DNA of 26,691 bases, from the IMG/VR virus record IMGVR_UViG_3300012953_000188, positions 1 to 26,691 of that record; one strand, given 5' to 3'. The first letter of the stretch is position 1, and the number at the start of each line of letters is the position of its first letter. This document shows positions 1 to 7,311 of this stretch, piece after piece. Below the pieces are notes generated by a model. That model worked only from the letters and a program-made list of their open reading frames with translations, did not search any database and was not told the DNA's origin. This stretch comes from a virus (Duplodnaviria > Caudoviricetes). The translations under genes were made by a program, and so were the position numbers.

Positions 1-28
1 ATTACCCAATGGCAAACATTGAAGTATT

Positions 29-880
29 ATGAGATACATTAAGACACCGCTCAGATATCCTGGCGGTAAATCTAGAGCAGCAGAAAGACTACTCAAACTA
101 GCACCTAACTGTAAGGAGTTTAGGGAGCCATTTCTAGGTGGTGGTAGCGTTGCACTAAGATTCACACAAGATAACCCTACTGCAGATGTATGGGTCAACG
201 ACTTATATGGATATCTTTACAACTTCTGGAAAGTATTACAGTCAGACTATAAGAATTTGTCTGATGCACTCATAGAATACAAGAATTCACACACTGATGA
301 AGCACTATGTAAGGAGTTGTTTCTCAAGTGTAAGGAAAATATTTCTGATGTTGAATCATTTGATCAAGCATGCTATTTCTGGATCTTAAACAAGTGTAGT
401 TATAGTGGATTGACAGAAAATTCCTCGTTTTCTAAGACTGCATCCAAACAAAACTTTACGGTGCGTGGTGCACAAAATCTTAAGGCAGTAGGTGCTCTCA
501 TAGGTCACTGGCATATCACTAATAAACACTATGAAGTGGTCATGAATGAGGATATGTCAGAGACAAGAGACGTATTTGTATTTTTAGATCCTCCATATAA
601 AATCAAGTCATATTTGTATGGCACAAACGCTGAATTACATAAGGATTTTGACCATAAAGTCTTCCTAGAAGACTGTAATAACTGTCCACATAAGTGGATG
701 ATTACATATAATATTGACGAAGAGATCGAAGAGTGGTTTAGTGACTACAAACAGGAGTATTTTCAGTTGACATACGGTATGAAACACAGAGGTAGTAAGA
801 ATCGTAACCAACAAGAGTTATTGATTAAGAATTACGAGGCAATCGTTGCTAATCCTCTAGAGGTCATGTATGCAGGATGA
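29..880 (+). CDS. dam: DNA adenine methyltransferase (D12 class, Dam-like)
   Basis: N-terminal PLRYPGGKS, SAM-binding motif I EPFLGGGSV and catalytic DPPY (FLDPPY). Confidence 0.93.
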   Translation: MRYIKTPLRYPGGKSRAAERLLKLAPNCKEFREPFLGGGSVALRFTQDNPTADVWVNDLYGYLYNFWKVLQSDYKNLSDALIEYKNSHTDEALCKELFLKCKENISDVESFDQACYFWILNKCSYSGLTENSSFSKTASKQNFTVRGAQNLKAVGALIGHWHITNKHYEVVMNEDMSETRDVFVFLDPPYKIKSYLYGTNAELHKDFDHKVFLEDCNNCPHKWMITYNIDEEIEEWFSDYKQEYFQLTYGMKHRGSKNRNQQELLIKNYEAIVANPLEVMYAG

Positions 881-1577
881 TCTCGCACAACTGATTAGAC
901 AACAACTCATCTGTCTACCTGCTATCGAGATAGTAGAGACCGAGCATAAGTTAATTGAGCACGAAGAAGTCACTATTCACAATGAAATGTGGAAATGTAG
1001 GGGACTTAGGAAGATTCACCTTGAGAGAGCAACACTACAAGACAAGTTAAACATTGTCCACTGTGTTTTTTACCCTGATCCAGAGTATAGAATCCCTATT
1101 TTTGGGTGTGATATCATCGAAACACCCACTACTGTGACTGCTGCTATCGTTGATATTTCTCCTGTCCATGGTGTCAGTTTCGACTATCAACTTGCACCAA
1201 TTTGTAGTAGATATCACTTCAAAGACGAGAGAATTCTCCCACAATGGGCAGAAGAAGTCTTCTCACCCTACTGTAAATTTGCACGTTTGAAAGACCATGA
1301 TGCAAGAGTAGATTATCTGAATGTAACTAGAGAATATCTACGAGAATACGTTAAATATGTTAGAATAGCAGAGAAAGATTACAAAGATAAGGATTGGATA
1401 TCTATCATGAAAAGGATAGACGATCAGTCTTACTACTGCACATCACAGAGAAAGAATAAGAAGACAAAAGCGGTCTTATCTCAGTGGTTTGACGCTGAAT
1501 GGGCAGATAATTATATCAATGAAGTATTATTTGACAAACCTTTTATTAATTATGGCACAAGATTACAATCCATTTGA
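870..1577 (+). CDS. pcyA: Phycocyanobilin:ferredoxin oxidoreductase (ferredoxin-dependent bilin reductase, auxiliary metabolic gene)
   Basis: Motifs RKIHLE, IVHCVFYP, PIFGCDI, AAIVDISP, LPQWAEEVFSPY, QSYYC..Q.KN.KT..VL and W...YINEVLFD match PcyA, including the catalytic Glu, His and Asp positions. Confidence 0.88.
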   Translation: MQDDLAQLIRQQLICLPAIEIVETEHKLIEHEEVTIHNEMWKCRGLRKIHLERATLQDKLNIVHCVFYPDPEYRIPIFGCDIIETPTTVTAAIVDISPVHGVSFDYQLAPICSRYHFKDERILPQWAEEVFSPYCKFARLKDHDARVDYLNVTREYLREYVKYVRIAEKDYKDKDWISIMKRIDDQSYYCTSQRKNKKTKAVLSQWFDAEWADNYINEVLFDKPFINYGTRLQSI

Positions 1578-1944
1578 CTACGTTAATTCAATTAACTTAA
1601 AGACTGCAGACTATACTGATGATGAGGGGTATATGCGTCATTATCCTGCATTCATGGTCAACAAGGCATTGTCATACTTCATTGATACCATCATGCATTC
1701 TAATGAGATGAATAGGTTGGGTGCAACACTTGATAAGGACATGCAATATAACTTTTTTATACATAGTGTTAGGAAATCTAAGAGGTTTTCCCCTTGGGCT
1801 AAGAAGTCAACTCACGCTGATTTGGACTTAGTAAAACAATACTATAACTACTCAACAGAGAAAGCATTACAAGCATTAAAACTGCTAAACAAGGAAGAAA
1901 TCCAAGTAATTAGGTCTAAACTGAATTCTGGAGGAATGAAATGA
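1552..1944 (+). CDS. gp62: Sliding clamp loader small subunit (T4 gp62-like)
   Basis: DYVNSIN...YPAFMVNKALSYFIDT...NEMN...QYNFF...RKSKRFSPWAKK; lies directly upstream of regA as in T4-like phages. Start moved to ATG 1552 (MAQDYNP). Confidence 0.88.
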   Translation: MAQDYNPFDYVNSINLKTADYTDDEGYMRHYPAFMVNKALSYFIDTIMHSNEMNRLGATLDKDMQYNFFIHSVRKSKRFSPWAKKSTHADLDLVKQYYNYSTEKALQALKLLNKEEIQVIRSKLNSGGMK

Positions 1945-2372
1945 GTGACGAGATCAACTGGTCTCCAAGCATGATGGTTGAAGTTACATTAAAAGAGCCT
2001 GATGACTTCTTGAAAGTGCGGGAGACGCTCACCAGAATTGGTGTAGCATCACGAAAGGAAAAGAAACTATATCAATCTTGTAATATCCTCCATAAGAAGG
2101 GTAAATATTACATCGTACACTTCAAAGAGTTGTTTGCACTGGATGGTAAACCATCTAACATGACTACTAACGATGCACAACGTAGAAATAGAATCGCTAG
2201 ACTGTTGTCAGACTGGGGTCTGATCATTGTGTCTTCACCTGTAGATGATGCTGAGTTAGCACCTCTAAATCAGATTAAAGTCCTAGCATATAAGGACAAA
2301 GGGGAATGGAATTTAGAAAGTAAGTATAATATCGGAAAGAAGAAACAGCCTGTAGAAAGTGTTAGCAAATAA
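1941..2372 (+). CDS. regA: Translational repressor RegA
   Basis: EPDDFLKVRETLTRIGVASRKEKKLYQSC.ILHK.GKYYIVHFKELFALDG is the RegA signature; ATGA overlap with gp62. Confidence 0.96.
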   Translation: MSDEINWSPSMMVEVTLKEPDDFLKVRETLTRIGVASRKEKKLYQSCNILHKKGKYYIVHFKELFALDGKPSNMTTNDAQRRNRIARLLSDWGLIIVSSPVDDAELAPLNQIKVLAYKDKGEWNLESKYNIGKKKQPVESVSK

Positions 2373-2404
2373 ACACCTATATAATATACGAATAAGTTTC
2401 TATC

Positions 2405-2809
2405 ATGGCTGAAACTAAAAAAGAAGATAAGCCAAAAGGTATTATCGGAAAAATTAAAGAGCACGCAGAGGATAAGGAGGAGCAACTTGCTATCCTATCG
2501 ACTTTCGTGCGACTTGGAATTTTGGTCTGGTCTGGCGGGATTTTGACATTAGCGTATGTCGATTTGCCACCTGCACTAAAAATTCCTAAGCAGGACATGG
2601 ATCCAACTTTCATAGCTTCGGTCTTCACAGGAGTCGTAGCTACCTTTGGCGTCTCCGCAGGAGGTAAGAAGAAGAATGGATCCGATGGAAGTGCTAATAT
2701 ATCTAAGAAAGATATGGAGTTTCTTATCGCTAAGGCATCAGAGACTGCACCTGCTCAAACTATCAGGATTGAATCAGGTCCTGTTAAAATCGTCCCAGAC
2801 ACTAAGTAA
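2405..2809 (+). CDS. Hypothetical membrane protein with two predicted TM segments
   Basis: Hydrophobic stretches LAILSTFVRLGILVWSGGILTLAYV and FIASVFTGVVATFGV; tight gene packing. Confidence 0.75.
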   Translation: MAETKKEDKPKGIIGKIKEHAEDKEEQLAILSTFVRLGILVWSGGILTLAYVDLPPALKIPKQDMDPTFIASVFTGVVATFGVSAGGKKKNGSDGSANISKKDMEFLIAKASETAPAQTIRIESGPVKIVPDTK

Positions 2810-2811
2810 TC

Positions 2812-3042
2812 ATGCAAAAAATTATTAACGGAATCGCTATTTTCTCAGGTGTAGTAGCACTTGGCGTAGTTGGTCTCGGTGGATATGTATTCATTAGAAA
2901 GGATGCAATCATTGAAGACCTCAAAGAGAAAGCAATGGGTCAGTTAGGCAGTGCACTTGCACCTGCACTACCTGGTATGGTAGGAGATTCACTTCCAGAT
3001 GCAACTGGTGCTCCGATCCCATTAGAAATGCCTAAATTTTAA
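2812..3042 (+). CDS. Hypothetical small protein with N-terminal membrane anchor
   Basis: IINGIAIFSGVVALGVVGLGGYVFI TM segment followed by a Pro-rich tail. Confidence 0.72.
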   Translation: MQKIINGIAIFSGVVALGVVGLGGYVFIRKDAIIEDLKEKAMGQLGSALAPALPGMVGDSLPDATGAPIPLEMPKF

Positions 3043-3051
3043 GAGGTTATC

Positions 3052-3651
3052 ATGAATGTAAAATGGATATCAATCGGTGTGGTTGGTAGTTTGTTTGCAG
3101 TATCCCATCTGGGAATGATAGGTTATATTGCAAGTAGAAAACAAGAAAGTAAGTTACCTAGCTTGAATGTTCCTGTAGGTGACTACACATCTTATGCTAT
3201 ACAAGCAAATAAGGATGGATATAAGTTAAGTTATCAAGCCAACGATCCTAAGACTGCATATATCACTAAGGATATTAAGACTAAGGGTGGTTTCCTAGGA
3301 CTAGCAACAGAAACAACTAAGGTTGCTGAGGAATACTTCCTAGATGGTAAGACTAATCAGGGCGGTCCTGTATCTAACAAGAGATCTTGGATAGATATGC
3401 CACCTGGTCTAAGTGCAGAGCAAGCACAAGGTATTGCTGCTGCAAGATCAGAAGAATGTATCAAGGCTATAGGGTCGGCAGAAGGAACTGGGAGACTTGT
3501 TGGGACTAGTATTGGTGCTAGTGCTGCTCCTGCTGTTTCCTCTATTCCCTTTATTGGTTGGGTTGCTGCAGGTTGGATAGCAATGTTTGGTGGTAATCAA
3601 GGTGCAGAGATCGGTGGAAATATGGCTGAGGATTTGAATAAGAGCTGTTAA
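3052..3651 (+). CDS. Hypothetical membrane-anchored protein with C-terminal glycine zipper
   Basis: N-terminal TM; GRLVGTSIGASAA and GWVAAGWIAMFGGNQGAEIGG GxxxG repeats; GAGG Shine-Dalgarno upstream. Confidence 0.75.
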   Translation: MNVKWISIGVVGSLFAVSHLGMIGYIASRKQESKLPSLNVPVGDYTSYAIQANKDGYKLSYQANDPKTAYITKDIKTKGGFLGLATETTKVAEEYFLDGKTNQGGPVSNKRSWIDMPPGLSAEQAQGIAAARSEECIKAIGSAEGTGRLVGTSIGASAAPAVSSIPFIGWVAAGWIAMFGGNQGAEIGGNMAEDLNKSC

Positions 3652-4419
3652 ATGACTATCCCTAACATACAGATTAACAGCACTCATGTTAATTCTATAG
3701 GGATCTATAGTGCAGATATACCAGAGTGGTTAACTACCACTCCGAATCAGACTGTTCCGAATGTGCCTCCTACCACTGTCATTATAGGTAATCCTATTAT
3801 TGACATGCCAGGTTGTGTAGAGACACATGAGTTTAGTGATAGAAATGATGAGATAATTAAAGACGATCCTGATAACCTCTTGGTCTTTTGTGATGCAGAG
3901 TATCCATCCTATGATGCGATGGACTATGAGCCAGATCAGTTACAGATGCAGTTAGAAGCAGCACCTCCACCTGTTGTGCAACCACCCCCAGAGGTAGATC
4001 CACCAGAGGTGCCACCTACAGGTGACCTTGCTACAGATGTGGCATGTCCAGGTGTGGGGCAATTAAGAATAGGTGATGTAACACAGTCAGGAGATGAGAA
4101 GGTTATAGGTCATGAATTAAGTCAGGATGGTAAAACCTGTATCACATTGTATGAGCCTACCTCACCAATGGAAAAGTATGTACCTCCTCTAAATCAGGTA
4201 ACCTCAGTGACAGCACTAGCAGTTGTAGCTACAGCAGGTGCTGCTGCCACACCATTACTATTGAGAATTATAAAACCAGTCATAAAAAAACTCACGACTA
4301 CTGTCCAAAAGAAACTTGGAAAGCATCGTGAGATCTCAAAGAGTGAGATGACTGCTAATCGATATCGCCAATCGAAAGGTTTACCTCCTTTAAAGATTCC
4401 GAAGAAGAAGAAACGTTAG
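3652..4419 (+). CDS. Hypothetical protein with Pro-rich linker, Cys pairs and C-terminal TM plus basic tail
   Basis: APPPVVQPPPEVDPPEVPP; TM VTALAVVATAGAAATPLLL; Lys/Arg-rich C-terminus; starts immediately after the previous stop. Confidence 0.75.
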   Translation: MTIPNIQINSTHVNSIGIYSADIPEWLTTTPNQTVPNVPPTTVIIGNPIIDMPGCVETHEFSDRNDEIIKDDPDNLLVFCDAEYPSYDAMDYEPDQLQMQLEAAPPPVVQPPPEVDPPEVPPTGDLATDVACPGVGQLRIGDVTQSGDEKVIGHELSQDGKTCITLYEPTSPMEKYVPPLNQVTSVTALAVVATAGAAATPLLLRIIKPVIKKLTTTVQKKLGKHREISKSEMTANRYRQSKGLPPLKIPKKKKR

Positions 4420-5236
4420 AGTTTCTCTGGTAATTTTTTTTATTGATACTGTGTGCATGTGGAATCACAGTGTTAACGTTCTGCACCACAACATCAGCAC
4501 AGATAGCATAGTAAGGAGACTTTGGATGGAATGAAATACCAGCTTTCATCAGCTCACCACAATTTTTCAATCTTGCGACCTCAAAGTCTAATCTTTTATT
4601 TGCGGTCACTTGTTTTTGTAGGGATATCTGTACTGCTACTGCTTCTTTACATTGTTCTTGTGCTTTTTTGTCTAGTGGTTTTGACCATGTAGCACTGACA
4701 CCTAGTGAAATATTATAGTTATCTTTCTGAGCTGTCCTTGTAGGGACGTAGTAGAGTATATCACCTGGATTGTCTAACACACCATCATCATTTAAGTCAG
4801 ACATGTCGTACACTGGCGAATCCCACCAAGCCTCAAACGGTTTTTGACTTGATGCACTACCTGTGGCATATGGAGTTATGTTGAGGGTAGCACCCTGACA
4901 TTGTATTCCACCACCATATGTGTTTGTTATATACGGTCCTTGTAAAACTTGTATAGCTTGATTGGTCACTGAGCCCGAACTATTCGCGATCGGAGACGCA
5001 GTGGCACTTACACCACCAACAGTCTCTGCGTTAACAGAAGGCATAAACCCAGTCATAGCAAGGGATGTCGCTATTGTGAGAAAATACTGGTTGTATCTGT
5101 GACGCTTGTTACGTTTGTGGTACGATTTATTACTGTGTGATTCGACAAGCCTGGTCCTTGCATCGTTTCTGTGTATTGAAACGCTGCACCTGGTGTTGTC
5201 TGTGTGAAGGTGGGTGTTGTCCCTACTCCTGTCCAT
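4355..5236 (-). CDS. Hypothetical exported protein; true start uncertain (between 5236 and 5056)
   Basis: Long ORF with signal-peptide-like KRHRYNQYFLTIATSLAMTGFMPSVNA/E, a DLNDDGVLD Ca-binding-like loop and four Cys in the mature part. Confidence 0.7.
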   Translation of the reverse strand: MDRSRDNTHLHTDNTRCSVSIHRNDARTRLVESHSNKSYHKRNKRHRYNQYFLTIATSLAMTGFMPSVNAETVGGVSATASPIANSSGSVTNQAIQVLQGPYITNTYGGGIQCQGATLNITPYATGSASSQKPFEAWWDSPVYDMSDLNDDGVLDNPGDILYYVPTRTAQKDNYNISLGVSATWSKPLDKKAQEQCKEAVAVQISLQKQVTANKRLDFEVARLKNCGELMKAGISFHPKSPYYAICADVVVQNVNTVIPHAHSINKKNYQRNSNVSSSSESLKEVNLSIGDID

Positions 5237-5499
5237 GTTGTATTCACTCCCTCAATGGTTACATTAGATGTAGTAGTGGTTGGTGATAAATTATCAGTTG
5301 TGGTAATTCCATTCCCTGTTACTGACCACTGATAGCCTGTGTTATAGTCCATCGAATTTATGGTCTCGGTCACAGTGGAAGTCGTTTCCGTGTGGGTAGT
5401 CATCGAACCTTGTTGGAAATTTGGTACCACAGGCACTGCTATGACTGGGGTTACGCCAGTCGCTAAAAACATGAGGAATAGTTTAGATATATTCCTCAT
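5071..5499 (-). CDS. Hypothetical secreted Thr-rich beta-strand protein
   Basis: Signal peptide MRNISKLFLMFLATGVTPVIA; very Thr-rich mature region. Confidence 0.75.
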   Translation of the reverse strand: MRNISKLFLMFLATGVTPVIAVPVVPNFQQGSMTTHTETTSTVTETINSMDYNTGYQWSVTGNGITTTDNLSPTTTTSNVTIEGVNTTWTGVGTTPTFTQTTPGAAFQYTETMQGPGLSNHTVINRTTNVTSVTDTTSIFSQ

Positions 5500-5503
5500 T
5501 GTC

Positions 5504-6019
5504 TTAGTCGAATATGGTTACTTCGCTTACGAATTGACCTGTTGTGCTGCTACCTACGTTACCAGTACCTGTTAGGGTAATAGCATGTGCGTTGGTTAGA
5601 GTACCTGGTGCATTAGCAGAAGAGTTTTGAGTTCCTGCGTTTGTAACTGATACGCTACCGAAGTCTAGGTATTCAGATCCTGTGCCACCAATATCACCTT
5701 GTGTCCATGACTGAGCATAGGAGAATGATCCTGATCCAGTCTGGGATGCTGTGATGGTGCCTACTGTGCCAACACCTGTTGATGCACTGTAAGTATTAAC
5801 TCCCAAACCATTTGCAGTTGCACTCGATGCACCTGCTGCAGTATGAGATGTAGTCACGTTTGAACCTGAGATGGAATATGAGTTTCCAACTCTTGAATAC
5901 GTTGCTGTTTGTGCGTCAACGGTGTGTTGCAAACTTGACTGATGTCTAGTTGACAATCCACCTGCATTAGCAGCCGATCCTAGGGACAATGCCATAATAA
6001 AGAATAATGCTTTCTTCAT
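5504..6019 (-). CDS. Hypothetical secreted Ser/Gly/Thr-rich protein
   Basis: Classic signal peptide MKKALFFIMALSLGSAANA (AxA cleavage); AGAGGA SD and CTAAATA late promoter upstream on the minus strand. Confidence 0.8.
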   Translation of the reverse strand: MKKALFFIMALSLGSAANAGGLSTRHQSSLQHTVDAQTATYSRVGNSYSISGSNVTTSHTAAGASSATANGLGVNTYSASTGVGTVGTITASQTGSGSFSYAQSWTQGDIGGTGSEYLDFGSVSVTNAGTQNSSANAPGTLTNAHAITLTGTGNVGSSTTGQFVSEVTIFD

Positions 6020-6053
6020 TTTATCCTCTTTGGAGGGGGGTCTATTGTAGTTT

Positions 6054-6060
6054 TATTTAG
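6054..6060 (-). promoter_or_regulatory. T4-like late promoter (CTAAATA) for the minus-strand operon
   Basis: TATTTAG on + equals CTAAATA on -, about 35 nt upstream of the 6019 start. Confidence 0.6.
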
Positions 6061-6131
6061 CATAGTTTTTATTACGGTTTTCTGTAACAATCGAGACGGT
6101 AGTCACCATATGCAGTTACATTACTTCATGG

Positions 6132-6160
6132 TTAAATAGTAGTGTCGCCTTCGGGGACAC
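6132..6160 (+). promoter_or_regulatory. Late-type promoter TTAAATA followed by a 5' UTR C(UUCG)G hairpin upstream of hsp20
   Basis: TTAAATA at 6132-6138; GTGTC-G-CC-TTCG-GG-GACAC at 6142-6160; AAGGAG SD at 6179-6184. Confidence 0.6.
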
Positions 6161-6188
6161 AAACTAAACTCGCTTTTAAAGGAGAATT

Positions 6189-6632
6189 ATGACACTAACT
6201 AAGTGGACATCTAAGGATGTCAATGCAATTTTTGATGCAGCAAATCGCTACAGTGTAGGGTTTGACGATCTATTTTACAGACTACATGCGTATGGAATGG
6301 GGTCTCCACAAACTCAATACCCACCATATAATATTGTCAAAGAGTCTGAAGAGACATGGAGAATCGAATTAGCACTGGCAGGATGGGATCCAAAAGAAGT
6401 AGAGGTCTCAACAGAGACTAACGTGCTTCTAATCAAGTCAGTAGATAAAGACGAGACAGATAGTCAGGAGTATATCCACAGAGGTGTGGCACAGAGGTCA
6501 TTCGCACGAGGATTTAACCTCAGTGATGATGTAAATGTTGGGGAAGTTAAATTCACTAATGGATTACTATCTGTTTCCCTAAACAAGGTGATACCTGATC
6601 ATCAGAAACGAAAGGTATACGATATCACTTAA
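6189..6632 (+). CDS. hsp20: Small heat shock protein (Hsp20/IbpA-like)
   Basis: YPPYNIVK, RIELALAG, YIHRGVAQRSFARGFNLSDD and NGLLSVSL form the alpha-crystallin domain. Confidence 0.95.
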   Translation: MTLTKWTSKDVNAIFDAANRYSVGFDDLFYRLHAYGMGSPQTQYPPYNIVKESEETWRIELALAGWDPKEVEVSTETNVLLIKSVDKDETDSQEYIHRGVAQRSFARGFNLSDDVNVGEVKFTNGLLSVSLNKVIPDHQKRKVYDIT

Positions 6633-6638
6633 TATTAT

Positions 6639-6664
6639 GGAGGTGCTTGACACCTCCTTTTTTT
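6639..6664 (+). terminator. Rho-independent terminator after hsp20
   Basis: GGAGGTG-CTTGA-CACCTCC stem-loop followed by T7. Confidence 0.85.
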
Positions 6665-6679
6665 ATGATAAGATAAATA
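6647..6679 (+). promoter_or_regulatory. Sigma70-like promoter (TTGACA, 16 nt, TGnTAAGAT) overlapping the terminator, plus late box ATAAATA
   Basis: TTGACA at 6647-6652, TAAGAT at 6669-6674 with extended TG, ATAAATA at 6673-6679; upstream of the polymerase operon. Confidence 0.6.
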
Positions 6680-6698
6680 GGTCACTAGACTTTCTAAC

Positions 6699-7094
6699 AT
6701 GAGTATTAAAATTGCTAGAATGGCAAACGGCGAAGATGTAGTTGCCGACATCAAAGAAGTAAGAGACAAAGAGGGTGATGACGCTCGTGTCCTTGCTTAT
6801 GAATTCCAAGATGCATTTTCTATTCAGTTGGAAATGAATGAAAAGGATTTCCTTGTCGAAGAAAAAGATAATCCACTGGGTGATATTCGTATGAGATTTT
6901 ATCCATACTTCCCACTAACAGTAGGGGCAAATTTTATTTCTTTGCAACATGTTGTAAGCATTGCTGACCCCCATTGGGAAGTAGTCAAGCGTTATGAAGA
7001 AGCATTGACCACTATTAAAAAATCGAAACCACAAAAAGATGATGTTAAAGTTGATTATTCTGAAATCCCACCCAACGGTCTTCTTGTTGGGTGA
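6699..7094 (+). CDS. Conserved cyanophage hypothetical protein
   Basis: MSIKIARMANGEDVVADIKE N-terminus typical of the small gene upstream of gp43 in T4-like cyanophages. Confidence 0.75.
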   Translation: MSIKIARMANGEDVVADIKEVRDKEGDDARVLAYEFQDAFSIQLEMNEKDFLVEEKDNPLGDIRMRFYPYFPLTVGANFISLQHVVSIADPHWEVVKRYEEALTTIKKSKPQKDDVKVDYSEIPPNGLLVG

Positions 7095-7311
7095 CCTTGT
7101 GGAATTGGATGAGGAGCCTAGTTACCTCATACAAAACTGCCACTTAGTATCGGACGAAGGACTGAGAAAGTATCCATACTACAGTGATCAAGACGATGTA
7201 TTCATAGCAAGTGAGGATGTATTGACTGTTGTCGATCCATCACCTGCGGTTGCGAAGAAGTATCTAGTCATGCTAGAATCAAAGACCGACAAGAAAGACA
7301 CAGATGAGTGA
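7039..7311 (+). CDS. Hypothetical protein (start 7039 or 7042)
   Basis: Fills the gap to gp43 and overlaps both neighbours; plausible composition. Confidence 0.65.
   Translation: MMLKLIILKSHPTVFLLGDLVELDEEPSYLIQNCHLVSDEGLRKYPYYSDQDDVFIASEDVLTVVDPSPAVAKKYLVMLESKTDKKDTDE

Noticed and set aside
1-32. 3' end of an upstream gene (YPMANIEVL*) overlapping the dam start
   Set aside because: Plausible given the ATGA overlap, but too short to identify or support.
1489-1551. Longer ORF-track starts for gp62 (1489), uvsX (9778), the oxygenase (10811) and primase (20634)
   Set aside because: The extensions overlap upstream genes and look non-homologous; downstream ATGs give family-typical N-termini.
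870-1577. Assignment as pebS
   Set aside because: The motifs (RKIHLE, HCVFYP, FGCDI, YC..Q.KN.KT) match PcyA more closely.
6083-6120. TGTAAC...GTTACA inverted repeat as an NtcA or other regulator site in the divergent intergenic region
   Set aside because: The 26-nt spacing does not match GTA-N8-TAC, and a 6-bp match is expected by chance.
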